Shown piece after piece: positions 18,220 through 26,517 of a stretch of DNA of 36,714 nucleotides. Positions within the stretch are counted from its first letter, which is position 1, and each line of letters begins with the position of its first letter. The notes beneath the pieces were generated by a model. That model was not told the origin of the DNA and ran no database searches. It worked only from the letters and a program-made list of their open reading frames with translations. Made by a program: the position numbers and the translations under genes. This DNA comes from Candidatus Micrarchaeia archaeon (GTDB taxonomy: Archaea; Micrarchaeota; Micrarchaeia; Burarchaeales; JACRGF01), in the NCBI GenBank assembly GCA_038870455.1, contig JAWCPB010000007.1, positions 1 to 36,714 on the forward strand. Direction: 5' to 3'.

Positions 18220-19020
18220 TCATCCCCTCCTGAAAACGCTCCTGGCTATCACGCGCGCCATCCTGTCGAAGAAGCCCGCCAGGCGGGCGAGCGGGCCTTT
18301 CCTGCCGAGGCTCGCCGAGCGGGCCTTGAAGACCGCTATCCTGCGCTTGAAGCCCTCGATGCGCCTCTCGAGCACATCCACTTTCCTGTCGAAGTCGGCC
18401 AACACGCCCTCCAGCGCCTCGCCTTCCCTGACAAGCCTGGCCGCCTCCTCGGGGCTCGCGCCCTTTTCCGCCTCCTCGAGCGCCTCGAGCGTCTCCTCGG
18501 CCCTCCGCAGCCTAGTGAGTATGTCGTCCTCGACAGACAGGAAGCGCTTTTCGCTCGCCCTCACATCGCTGTCGAGGCTCTCGAGCATTTCGGACAGGCC
18601 GGCGAGCTCTTTCTTTGCCGGGGCGGGCGCGCGCTCGCGTATGATGAGCTCCGTCTTGCCGGGGTGCAGCAGTGAGTACCTCACCGAGACGAGCCCGCTC
18701 TCTTCGAGAATGTCCGCGAGCTTCTCGACATCGTCCCTCTCGAGCGCCAGCGCCTCGGCGACCTCGGCCACCGTCGCCCTCTTCTTCTCCTTGATGAACT
18801 CGACCACCCTGTCGATGACGGTCCTCATCTCGCCGGGCCTCGCCTCGGCAGGCATCTCCGCCTGCGCGGGAGGAGCAGGCTCGGCCTCGCCTGTTTCTGC
18901 CGGAGCTTCGCTCGGGATTTCCGCCCGCGCCGGCTCCGCCGCCTCGGCCGCCCGCCCCTTTCCCTTCTTTTTCCTGCTCGTTTCACCCACCCCTGAGCCT
19001 GTCCCGCTTTTCAAATCCAT
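18220..19020 (-). CDS. Hypothetical protein: low-complexity N-terminus + winged-helix-like domain + coiled coil + amphipathic C-terminal helix
   Basis: wHTH-like segment TVIDRVVEFIKEKKRATVAEVAEALALERDDVEKLADILEESGLVSVRY, homologous to the N-terminus of the ATPase at 28312. Stop lies 1 nt before the ATPase start. Confidence 0.8.
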   Translation of the reverse strand: MDLKSGTGSGVGETSRKKKGKGRAAEAAEPARAEIPSEAPAETGEAEPAPPAQAEMPAEARPGEMRTVIDRVVEFIKEKKRATVAEVAEALALERDDVEKLADILEESGLVSVRYSLLHPGKTELIIRERAPAPAKKELAGLSEMLESLDSDVRASEKRFLSVEDDILTRLRRAEETLEALEEAEKGASPEEAARLVREGEALEGVLADFDRKVDVLERRIEGFKRRIAVFKARSASLGRKGPLARLAGFFDRMARVIARSVFRRG

Positions 19021-19930
19021 AGTTTATATCCCTAACCATGAGCTTGGACGGAAACACGACATAAAAGTCGGTCGTGTTGAAGTTGAAGCGAATGACCACG
19101 TCCGTGTCGCGCGAGCACGGCACGCCCGGGTTGCCGGGCTCGTGCAGGCGGATCAGCGCGATGTCATCGCCCCCGCCAGTGTCGCCGAGCGTGACTTCCA
19201 TCCAGCACGGCACCATCTTGACATCGAGCGTGCTCTTCTTGTTCGTCCTGAAGCCCGTCGCGTTGCAGATTTCGCCCGGGCAGGAATAAACTTGGCTCAT
19301 GTTATCCTCTATCCTGAGGCTGAAGTTCATGCAGTTGGGCAGGCTGCCGCAGGACGGCACGGTGAAGTCTGGCGACCACTTGAAGTGGCTGGCATTGCCC
19401 GGAGTGGGCGAGTACTCGAAGGACGCGTTCGGGAAGTCGAAGGACAGGTTGAGCGCGCCGAGCGCGCCGTACGCGCTCGTGTTGGCCCACTCTATCCTCA
19501 GCACCCTCTTTCCCCAGTCGTCAAGATAATCGTACTCGATTCCCCAGGGCTGGATGATTATGTCATCGGACATTGTTGCAAAGTCGATCGGGTTGTCCGC
19601 CTCATCGAGGAAAGTGATGTTCAGCTCGGGCGTCCTGTAATAGCCCTGTATGAAGGCATCGTACGCCTTCAGCGCGTTCGGCACATTCAGGTTCGCGGGC
19701 AGGTGGTCGTAGAACGTGAGCGTGTTGTTCTCCTGCACGATGGTGAGGCCGATGTTAGCCGCGAAGTCCTCCCTGACATCCTCGAAAACAAAGCGGATTT
19801 TCCTCGCGTCCCGCGCGTCGGCCGCCCTCTTCTCGCTCTCGCTTCCCGCGCTCTTGGCGGCGAGCCCGAAGCCCAGCAGCAGGGCGAAGAAAGCCAGCAC
19901 GGTTAGAGTGAGCAGGAAACCTCTTTTCAC
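18983..19930 (-). CDS. Large minor pilin-like protein lacking Glu+5, locus A
   Basis: GTG start (GTGA overlap), MKRG^FLLTLTVLAFFALLLGFGL; 6 Cys and several sequons; paralogue of 27402-28259. Confidence 0.75.
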   Translation of the reverse strand: MKRGFLLTLTVLAFFALLLGFGLAAKSAGSESEKRAADARDARKIRFVFEDVREDFAANIGLTIVQENNTLTFYDHLPANLNVPNALKAYDAFIQGYYRTPELNITFLDEADNPIDFATMSDDIIIQPWGIEYDYLDDWGKRVLRIEWANTSAYGALGALNLSFDFPNASFEYSPTPGNASHFKWSPDFTVPSCGSLPNCMNFSLRIEDNMSQVYSCPGEICNATGFRTNKKSTLDVKMVPCWMEVTLGDTGGGDDIALIRLHEPGNPGVPCSRDTDVVIRFNFNTTDFYVVFPSKLMVRDINYGFEKRDRLRGG

Positions 19931-20364
19931 CGATACCACACCTCGAGCGTGATGAAGCCGTACCGCATCGCCACGGCGTCGATGAACAGCCTCCTGGCCG
20001 TGCCCGTTGGAAGCGATTGGTTGGCCGCGTTTGCGACCACGATGTTCCTGTTGCACACGAAGTCCGCAAAGTCATCGTCGCCGTCGTCCGTGCACAGCGT
20101 GGCGTTGCCCCTTCCGGCCATGTGGGCGGGCAGCAGCTCGTTGAGCGAGGCGTTGAGGGTTGCCCGCGCGGCCGAGTCCGTCTGGCCAAAAAAGCCTTTC
20201 AGCGTGCCGTCCTTGTCCATGACGAGCAGCGTCTCCTGTGCCGTCCTGTGCAGCGCAGCGTCCGCGCCGGCTCTCGCGGACTGCACGCCGAGCACCGCGT
20301 GCAGGAACAGCGTGGCCACCACCACCGCGAACAGCGCATCCAGCATGTAGACGAAGGCCCTCAT
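19927..20364 (-). CDS. Minor pilin-like protein, locus A
   Basis: MRA^FVYMLDALFAVVVATLFL; C-terminal ITLEVWYR; ATGA overlap; paralogue of 26995-27405. Confidence 0.78.
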   Translation of the reverse strand: MRAFVYMLDALFAVVVATLFLHAVLGVQSARAGADAALHRTAQETLLVMDKDGTLKGFFGQTDSAARATLNASLNELLPAHMAGRGNATLCTDDGDDDFADFVCNRNIVVANAANQSLPTGTARRLFIDAVAMRYGFITLEVWYR

Positions 20365-20909
20365 TGCCACACCACCACATTCATTTTCGCGCGCGTCCCC
20401 CGGTATAAAACGAGCGCCTGATGCGCCGCAGCGCGCGTGGCGTTGGCAGGCCAAACGCCGTAGCTCGCGTTCGCGCCCTCCGCGCTCGCCAAGCTGCCGT
20501 TCGCGTAAGTCAGGTTGAAGTAAAAGCCGTACCTGGCTATGCCGAGCGCTTCCCTCACCTTCGAGTAGTTTGCGTCCAGCAGGTTCTTCAGCTGCCTCTC
20601 CTCTATCCTGCCGGGCTCGACGCTCGCCAGCCCGAGCGTCACGAAATTGCTTTCGTTCCATTCCACCGGCCAGCCCGGCGTCTCGACCAGGAAGTCGAGC
20701 GTGCGCTGGGCGAGCGCGCTCCCCTGCCACTCCGCCCGCGCGGCGAGCGCGTTCCACGCGCTCTCGAAAAGCGCGAGCAGCAGGAACAGCACTATTATTG
20801 CGAAAGCGATGTCTAAGCTCGCTGCCTGCGCTCTACCAGAACCCAGGGGAAACCTGCGGTTTCCCCCAGGTTCTCGGGCACTCCCCACCTCCTTCCCTCT
20901 GGAACGCAT
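20361..20909 (-). CDS. Minor pilin-like protein with an unusually long leader, locus A
   Basis: ...SGRA^QAASLDIAFAIIVLFLLL; LVETPGWPVEWN..LGLA..YSKVREALG; C-terminal VVVWQ; paralogue of 26504-26998. Confidence 0.78.
   Translation of the reverse strand: MRSRGKEVGSAREPGGNRRFPLGSGRAQAASLDIAFAIIVLFLLLALFESAWNALAARAEWQGSALAQRTLDFLVETPGWPVEWNESNFVTLGLASVEPGRIEERQLKNLLDANYSKVREALGIARYGFYFNLTYANGSLASAEGANASYGVWPANATRAAAHQALVLYRGTRAKMNVVVWQ
20838..20874. repeat. Imperfect palindrome (15-bp stem) inside a pilin leader
   Basis: AGAACC-ca-GGGGAAACC-tgc-GGTTTCCCC-ca-GGTTCT. Confidence 0.8.
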
Positions 20910-20911
20910 CC

Positions 20912-21328
20912 TCAATTCACCTGCGTGAAGTTCACCACGCCGTCGCTGCTGCTCACCCGGTAAGTCTTTCCGGCGGTGAGCTGGAACGGCGGCGCGACGC
21001 CGTTTCTCGTCACGTTCCTCGCGACGATGGGCGCGGAGCAGTGCTCGTTGCCGTCGATGGTAACGAGCTCCTCGTGGATGGTCGCGTTGTACGGCTGCCC
21101 GTTTACCAGCGCTGGAAGGGTGAGGTTGGCCCTGAACCCGTTCGACAGCGCCGCGAGGTGCGCAAAGCCGGCTATCTCCTCGCACGCTGTCCTCACGCCA
21201 AGCACGCCGGCCTCCTCCTCGGCCTGCATTCCCCTTCCGAGCGCGTACAGCTGGAGCAGGAAGGCGAGCAGTATGACGAGCACAACAGAAACGATGAACT
21301 CAAGCGAAAACTGTGCTCTCAAACTCAT
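20912..21328 (-). CDS. Pilin with class III signal peptide, locus A
   Basis: MSLRA^QFSLEFIVSVVLVILLAFLL (QxSxE motif); paralogue of 26140-26517. Confidence 0.85.
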   Translation of the reverse strand: MSLRAQFSLEFIVSVVLVILLAFLLQLYALGRGMQAEEEAGVLGVRTACEEIAGFAHLAALSNGFRANLTLPALVNGQPYNATIHEELVTIDGNEHCSAPIVARNVTRNGVAPPFQLTAGKTYRVSSSDGVVNFTQVN

Positions 21329-21339
21329 CCCCCACGCGC

Positions 21340-21750
21340 TCATCCCTCGCTGACGTTCACTACGCCGCTCGGCAGGAAAGCGAGCGTGAGGAGGTGCTTG
21401 CCCGGCCGCGCGGGCATCGTTCCGGTCAGGTTTCCCCTGGCGAGCGCGAACACATCGGCAGTCCCGCCCGCGGGCAGGAAGACGTTCACGTTCACCTCCC
21501 TGCCGAGGATGTAAGTCCTTGCCGCATTCACGCCGTCCGGCAGCACGATGACCACCTGGGTTCGCGCGCCCGGCGACTGGGCGAACAGGGAATCAGCAGC
21601 GTCCGCCACGCTCTCGACCGCAATCCTCGCGGTGGCCGTCCTCGACGACGCTGTCGCGGTCTGGAGCGCGAGGTAAGTAACGGGAATGAGTATTATCAGG
21701 AAGGCCGCGACTATGAGCACGTACTCCATGCCCGCCTGCGCTTTTGCCAC
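21340..21750 (-). CDS. Pilin with class III signal peptide, first gene of locus A
   Basis: GTG start 21750, MAKA^QAGMEYVLIVAAFLIILIP; ADAADSLFAQSPGARTQVVIVLP is paralogous to the N-terminal domain of 22587-23675. Confidence 0.85.
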   Translation of the reverse strand: MAKAQAGMEYVLIVAAFLIILIPVTYLALQTATASSRTATARIAVESVADAADSLFAQSPGARTQVVIVLPDGVNAARTYILGREVNVNVFLPAGGTADVFALARGNLTGTMPARPGKHLLTLAFLPSGVVNVSEG

Positions 21751-21772
21751 GCGAGCCCATTCTCTCGCCCGC

Positions 21773-21794
21773 TTAAAAAACACTTGTTTTTTAA
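21773..21794. promoter_or_regulatory. Perfect palindrome containing back-to-back TATA boxes (bidirectional promoter of the two pilus loci)
   Basis: TTAAAAAACA-ct-TGTTTTTTAA. Each arm reads TTTTTTAA outward and ends 23-24 nt from the starts at 21750 (-) and 21818 (+). Confidence 0.75.
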
Positions 21795-21817
21795 ACTCCT
21801 GCGGCGATTACTGGCTC

Positions 21818-22582
21818 ATGGCGAAAGAGGGAAAGGCGAAGGGCGAGGCCGCGAGGGAAGCCGCGCCGGAAGGCAGGTCTGTGCTTGAAAGGATTCCCAC
21901 AGGCATTCCGGGCCTCGACGAGCTCACGGCGGGTGGTTTCGAGAGAGGCAGCACGGTGCTCGTTTGCGGCGAGACGGGCGCGGGCAAGACCACGTTCGGG
22001 CTACAGTTCCTGCACAACGGCGCGCGGGAGCACGGCGAGGCAGGGCTGTTCATTTCCTTCGGCGAAAGTGGGAAGTCGCTTTACAGGCACGCGGCCGGCT
22101 TCGGCTGGGACTTCGCGGGCCTTGAGAAGGAGGGGCTTTTCCGCCTCGTGCGCTACGAGCCGCACGAGGTCGCTAAGCTCATCGAAGAGGGCGGCGGCAC
22201 CATACGCGACACCATAGACGCCATCGGCGCGAAGCGCATCGTGCTCGACTCCCTCACTTCCTACTCGCTGCTTTTCGAAAGCTCTTACAGGACGCGCGAG
22301 TCCGTCCTCGAGCTGTTCGACCTCCTGCAGAGCTGGAAGTGCACCTCGCTGCTCACGACAGACGTGCGCGCGGGCGGCGAGGAGCTCGAGTCCAGTGGAG
22401 TGGAATTCCTTGTTGATGCCATCATCCTCCTCTACCACCCGCGAAAGGAAAGCGTGCGGCTGCGCGCGCTCGAGGTGCTAAAGCTCCGCGGCTCGCCCCA
22501 CGCAGAGCACCTGGCGCCATTCACTTTCGAAAAGAACGGCATCGTTGTTTATCCGGACGAAGAGGTTTTTGAAAAGGTCTGA
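21818..22582 (+). CDS. Single-domain KaiC-like (RecA superfamily) ATPase
   Basis: RIPTGIPGLDELTAGGF, Walker A GETGAGKT, Walker B IVLDS, VEFLVDAII, EVLKLRGSPH. The usual EE motif reads GE (SFGES). Confidence 0.92.
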   Translation: MAKEGKAKGEAAREAAPEGRSVLERIPTGIPGLDELTAGGFERGSTVLVCGETGAGKTTFGLQFLHNGAREHGEAGLFISFGESGKSLYRHAAGFGWDFAGLEKEGLFRLVRYEPHEVAKLIEEGGGTIRDTIDAIGAKRIVLDSLTSYSLLFESSYRTRESVLELFDLLQSWKCTSLLTTDVRAGGEELESSGVEFLVDAIILLYHPRKESVRLRALEVLKLRGSPHAEHLAPFTFEKNGIVVYPDEEVFEKV

Positions 22583-22586
22583 TGCG

Positions 22587-23675
22587 ATGCGCCCGCCCCG
22601 GGGCCAGTCCACTGTCGAGTTCCTCGTAATCCTCGCTGTCGCGCTCGCAGTGCTCGTGGTCATCATCGCGCTGTCGAGCGAGCAGATAACCGACGTGGGC
22701 AAGACGAGGGCGAGGGCGGACGTGCGGGCTGCCGCACGCGACCTCGCCACAGCAGCGAACCAAGTCTATCTGCAGGGTGCTGGCGCGCGCAAGCTCGTTG
22801 CCATCCGGCTGCCGGCAGGCTACAACGCCTCGCGCTCTTTCATAACCAACAACACCATAGGCATAAACTTCGAGGGAAGCGACTACCTGGCCACAACGGA
22901 CGTCGATGTCGTGGGCGTTCTTCCCCCCTCGCCCGGCACGCACTACCTTTGGGTGGTGGCGCGCGAGGGCTATGTCACCATCGGCCCGCGAGCGCTCGTT
23001 TTCACCCCAGGGCTCATCCTCGTGACGGCAACGGCGGCCAACTACAGCCAGTCAAAGACCGCCTACCTCAACGCCTCAAACGAGGGAAACGAGTCGCTTA
23101 ACGTCACACTCGCTCTCTTCTGGAGCGAGGCTACGGTGAATGTCTCTTTCTCAAACCCGGCTGACCAGAACTTCGGGCTGGGTGCGGGAGAGAGCAAGGG
23201 AATCGTTTTCGTTGTCGGCATCAACGCCTCGGCGGTCGGCTCGTACTCGGGCTACATCGACGCCAACGCGTCCAACGGCGAGAGCGAGCGCATTGACTTC
23301 ATCGTCGAGGTGACGCCCCTGACCTGCGTGCCGGCGTCGGTTCCCGGCGCGCCGGGCGCCTGCCGCCCAACGCGCATAGACATACAGACTTACCTCGATG
23401 CCCTGCGCACCATTCCGAAGAAAGCGTTCGCAGCCAGCGAGGTCATCTTCCTCACAGGCGCCGGGTGGGGGGCCAACACGAGCGTCACGGTTGATGTACG
23501 CGACCCGCTCAACGTTTCTGTGGCAGGCTTTCCCCAGACAGTTCTCTCCGATTCGCTCGGCGCGCTCAACCTCTCCCTTGACTCAATGGGCCTCTCTCAG
23601 GGCTCTTACCTCGTGCTCGCAAACTCTTCGTACGCGAGCGCCAGCAGCTCTTTTGTGGTGACACCATGTCCATAA
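22587..23675 (+). CDS. Pilin with class III signal peptide and C-terminal Ig-like extension, locus B
   Basis: MRPPRG^QSTVEFLVILAVALAVLVVII; pilin domain followed by about 215 aa of beta-rich, sequon-rich sequence. Confidence 0.85.
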   Translation: MRPPRGQSTVEFLVILAVALAVLVVIIALSSEQITDVGKTRARADVRAAARDLATAANQVYLQGAGARKLVAIRLPAGYNASRSFITNNTIGINFEGSDYLATTDVDVVGVLPPSPGTHYLWVVAREGYVTIGPRALVFTPGLILVTATAANYSQSKTAYLNASNEGNESLNVTLALFWSEATVNVSFSNPADQNFGLGAGESKGIVFVVGINASAVGSYSGYIDANASNGESERIDFIVEVTPLTCVPASVPGAPGACRPTRIDIQTYLDALRTIPKKAFAASEVIFLTGAGWGANTSVTVDVRDPLNVSVAGFPQTVLSDSLGALNLSLDSMGLSQGSYLVLANSSYASASSSFVVTPCP

Positions 23676-26140
23676 AAGCGTTCATCGCCGCAGCCATGCT
23701 GCTCGCCCTTTCCCCGCTAGCCCTTGCACTCTCTGCAAACGCCTCGCTCGTCCCTCCGAACAACGAGGTTTCGATGGGCGCGGCGAGCGCCACGCTCTCC
23801 TTCAACATCACCGACACCACCTCGCCGCCCGTGGATAGGATTTACAGGGTGATAATCCGCTTTCCTGCAAATCTTTACTCTGTCTCGTTTGCCACAGTCC
23901 CCCCTGCCGGCTGGTCTTACATCCTGCGTTCTCCAGGAGGCGGCGTCAATAACGAAATAGAGTTTTTGACAGAAGCCGGTTCCCCGCCCACCATCCCACC
24001 AGGTGGCTCAAAAGTGTTTGACGTTGTGATAACGGGCGTGGGCGGCGCGTCCATTCCTTCAGCCAGCACCGGCCAGAGCGACTCCACAGTAGCCATTCAG
24101 GTTCAGTACTCCTCCTCGCCCAGCACGGTTGTTTTAAATCCGGTTTTCTGGCAGCGCAGGGCTCTTTCGGCAAGCATCACTGCTTTCCCATCCTCGGTCG
24201 GGAACGGCGGGCTGGTCACAGTCGTGCTCAACATTTCAAACGGCGCCACCACAACAGCCACCAATGTGGTTCCGAGCCTGGCGTACATCGCCACGGGCAC
24301 TGCGAGCGCTTCGCTTGTCTCTGGGCCCACTCCGCCTTCGGTCGCCTCGCTGGCTCCTGGGGTGAGCGCGACCTTTACCTATGTCTATAATGCCAGCACG
24401 GGCGCGAGCGGGGGCACACTGCAGTTCTATGGGAATGCCACCGATGGGCCAGGCCTCTCTTCGAACACGGCCTACTCCAACATTGTCACTGTGGCCGGCT
24501 TCGCCGCGGTGATAACCGCCGCGCCCTCCCGTGTGCTTTCGAAGGAACTTGTAAATGTCACCATGACAGTGAGGAATAATGGCAACTCGACTTTGTACGG
24601 CGTGGTTCCATACCTCTCTGCCTCAGGCACGGCGAGCGCGACCCTCCTCTCGGGCCCCATGCCCACTTCGATCGTCTCGCTCGCCCCCAATGCCACAGGC
24701 ACATTCAACTGGATTTATAACATCACTGGGAGTGAGGGAGATTATGTGGTTTTCTCGGGCAACGCGAGCGCCAATGGCGGGGCAGTGCTCTCGCCAACAG
24801 TCCAGAGCAATCCCGTCTTCATCGTGGCATTCCGCGTCACAGTGGCGCCAGAAAACATTTTTTCCGGAGACACCAACTTCTTCCTGAACTACACCGTTTT
24901 CAACGGCGGAACCGACAGCATCGACCAGGTGGAAATAACCCCGACGAGCGACTACGACATCGGCACAGCCCACTCCGGGCCGCCAGGTTGGCAAATCACT
25001 GTGGTGGGAGGAACCACAGTACGCTTCAGGAAGACAAGCGCGCCTTACTTGGGCCCGGGCCAGTTCGCTGTTTTCACAGTCCACTACGACAGCGTCGCTG
25101 TCACCGGCACTGAGAAAAACGATTCCCACGCGGTGCGCCTGCGCCAGCTCGTTTCACCCTACCAGCCCAACCTGCAGGCCTATGTCATGCGCCGCGTGCC
25201 TGGCGTTGCGCTCGTGCGCATCACCTCGCCTGCGAACGGCTCGAACGTCACGCAGTACTCACTCTTCTACGCAACTGCGAACCTCACGGCAGTCAACGGC
25301 AGCCTGCGCAACTGCAACATCACCCTGACAACCTCTCCGGCAGGCCTGCCGCTCGCAGCAGGAGAGAACGCCACGAAAAGCATTTCCTTCCTCGGCAAGG
25401 GCGACTCAGCTCTGTTTTCCTGGCTGCTGAACGCCACAACGCTCGGCTACTACAACATCACGGTGGCCTCGGCCTGCCAGAAAGGAAATGCCACGAACCA
25501 CACCATAACGATTCGCGTTGTCATGGCCGGGGCAACGATTTCTTCGGACAAGAACTCCTACACGAACTGCGGCACCGTGTATTACCGCGTGGCAACACGC
25601 GATGAGAACAACATCCTAGTCGATTCCAACCTCTCGGTCTACATCTACGACGCCCTATCCTCGCTCATCACAAACTTCACTGCAACTACGGGCAGCCCCT
25701 CCACCGGCCTGTACGACAATCAGCTCTTGCTGAATGCCTCGGCACAGCCTGGGAACTGGCTCATCCGCGTGCTCAGCGAGGGCGCGATCGGCGAGGGATA
25801 CTTCTATGTTGGGACGGGCAGCACAGAGCTGTGGCGCATCGACCTTGCCTTCTCCCCTGACCGCGTCTCCTATCCGCTCAACTCGAACTTCTCCATCACC
25901 TTCCGGATCTACAACCAGCTCGGGGAGGGCGTGCCCGGGCTGGCCTCGCCCTCGACAATGACATTCCAGATAGACGGCGGGCCGAACCTCGCCGGCAGCG
26001 TGAGCGACCTGGGAGGCGGGCTATACGCCTATAACTACAACGCCTCCTCCGCAGGCGCTCACTGGGTTGATGTGAGCGCCAAGGCCTCGCCGCTCGCGAG
26101 CGTAACGGTGAGGGCTTCGAGGAGTTTTGTGGTGGCGTGA
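23666..26140 (+). CDS. Large secreted multi-Ig-domain (CARDB/DUF11-like) surface protein, candidate adhesin
   Basis: Sec-type signal peptide; Ser/Thr/Asn-rich with many NxS/T sequons; tandem ~110-aa repeats at about 24161-24495 and 24497-24830; no C-terminal TM anchor. Confidence 0.8.
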   Translation: MSIKAFIAAAMLLALSPLALALSANASLVPPNNEVSMGAASATLSFNITDTTSPPVDRIYRVIIRFPANLYSVSFATVPPAGWSYILRSPGGGVNNEIEFLTEAGSPPTIPPGGSKVFDVVITGVGGASIPSASTGQSDSTVAIQVQYSSSPSTVVLNPVFWQRRALSASITAFPSSVGNGGLVTVVLNISNGATTTATNVVPSLAYIATGTASASLVSGPTPPSVASLAPGVSATFTYVYNASTGASGGTLQFYGNATDGPGLSSNTAYSNIVTVAGFAAVITAAPSRVLSKELVNVTMTVRNNGNSTLYGVVPYLSASGTASATLLSGPMPTSIVSLAPNATGTFNWIYNITGSEGDYVVFSGNASANGGAVLSPTVQSNPVFIVAFRVTVAPENIFSGDTNFFLNYTVFNGGTDSIDQVEITPTSDYDIGTAHSGPPGWQITVVGGTTVRFRKTSAPYLGPGQFAVFTVHYDSVAVTGTEKNDSHAVRLRQLVSPYQPNLQAYVMRRVPGVALVRITSPANGSNVTQYSLFYATANLTAVNGSLRNCNITLTTSPAGLPLAAGENATKSISFLGKGDSALFSWLLNATTLGYYNITVASACQKGNATNHTITIRVVMAGATISSDKNSYTNCGTVYYRVATRDENNILVDSNLSVYIYDALSSLITNFTATTGSPSTGLYDNQLLLNASAQPGNWLIRVLSEGAIGEGYFYVGTGSTELWRIDLAFSPDRVSYPLNSNFSITFRIYNQLGEGVPGLASPSTMTFQIDGGPNLAGSVSDLGGGLYAYNYNASSAGAHWVDVSAKASPLASVTVRASRSFVVA

Positions 26141-26517
26141 TGCGTGCGCAGATGAGTGCGGAGTTCATCATCATTCTGTCGCTGGCGTTCTCTCTCCTCA
26201 TCCTTGCAGCTGTCATCTACTCCGGCGAGGATAGAAACAGCGCAATCACGCAGGAGAGGATTCGCGCGCGGCACGCCGCACAGGCCATTGCGCTCGCGGC
26301 GAATGAAGCCTTCCTCTCGGGGAACGGCACGCGCATCTACATTGAGCTTGACAGGGAGTACAACGTTTCGATTGAAGAGCGCGCGGTGAGAGTCGCGCGA
26401 GGCAGCGTCTCGAGCTCATCTCAGGTCATCACCGACTCTCTGACAAACAGCAGCCCGCTCAACGGCTCGTTCTCGCTCACCATAACAAACCAAAACGGGG
26501 TCGTTGTCATTGGCTAG
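26140..26517 (+). CDS. Pilin with class III signal peptide, locus B
   Basis: MRA^QMSAEFIIILSLAFSLLIL (QxSxE motif); TGATG overlap with the upstream stop. Confidence 0.85.
   Translation: MRAQMSAEFIIILSLAFSLLILAAVIYSGEDRNSAITQERIRARHAAQAIALAANEAFLSGNGTRIYIELDREYNVSIEERAVRVARGSVSSSSQVITDSLTNSSPLNGSFSLTITNQNGVVVIG

Noticed and set aside
21750-21783. Alternative starts for the first locus A pilin (ATG 21760 out of frame, GTG 21783 in the ORF track)
   Set aside because: 21783 lies inside the promoter palindrome and 21760 is out of frame. GTG 21750 gives a typical short class III leader at the expected distance from the TATA box.
21818-22582. Circadian KaiC or RadB
   Set aside because: It is a single domain without the KaiC CII S/T phosphosite motif, no kaiA/kaiB is nearby, and its motifs fit the archaeal single-domain KaiC-like family rather than RadB.
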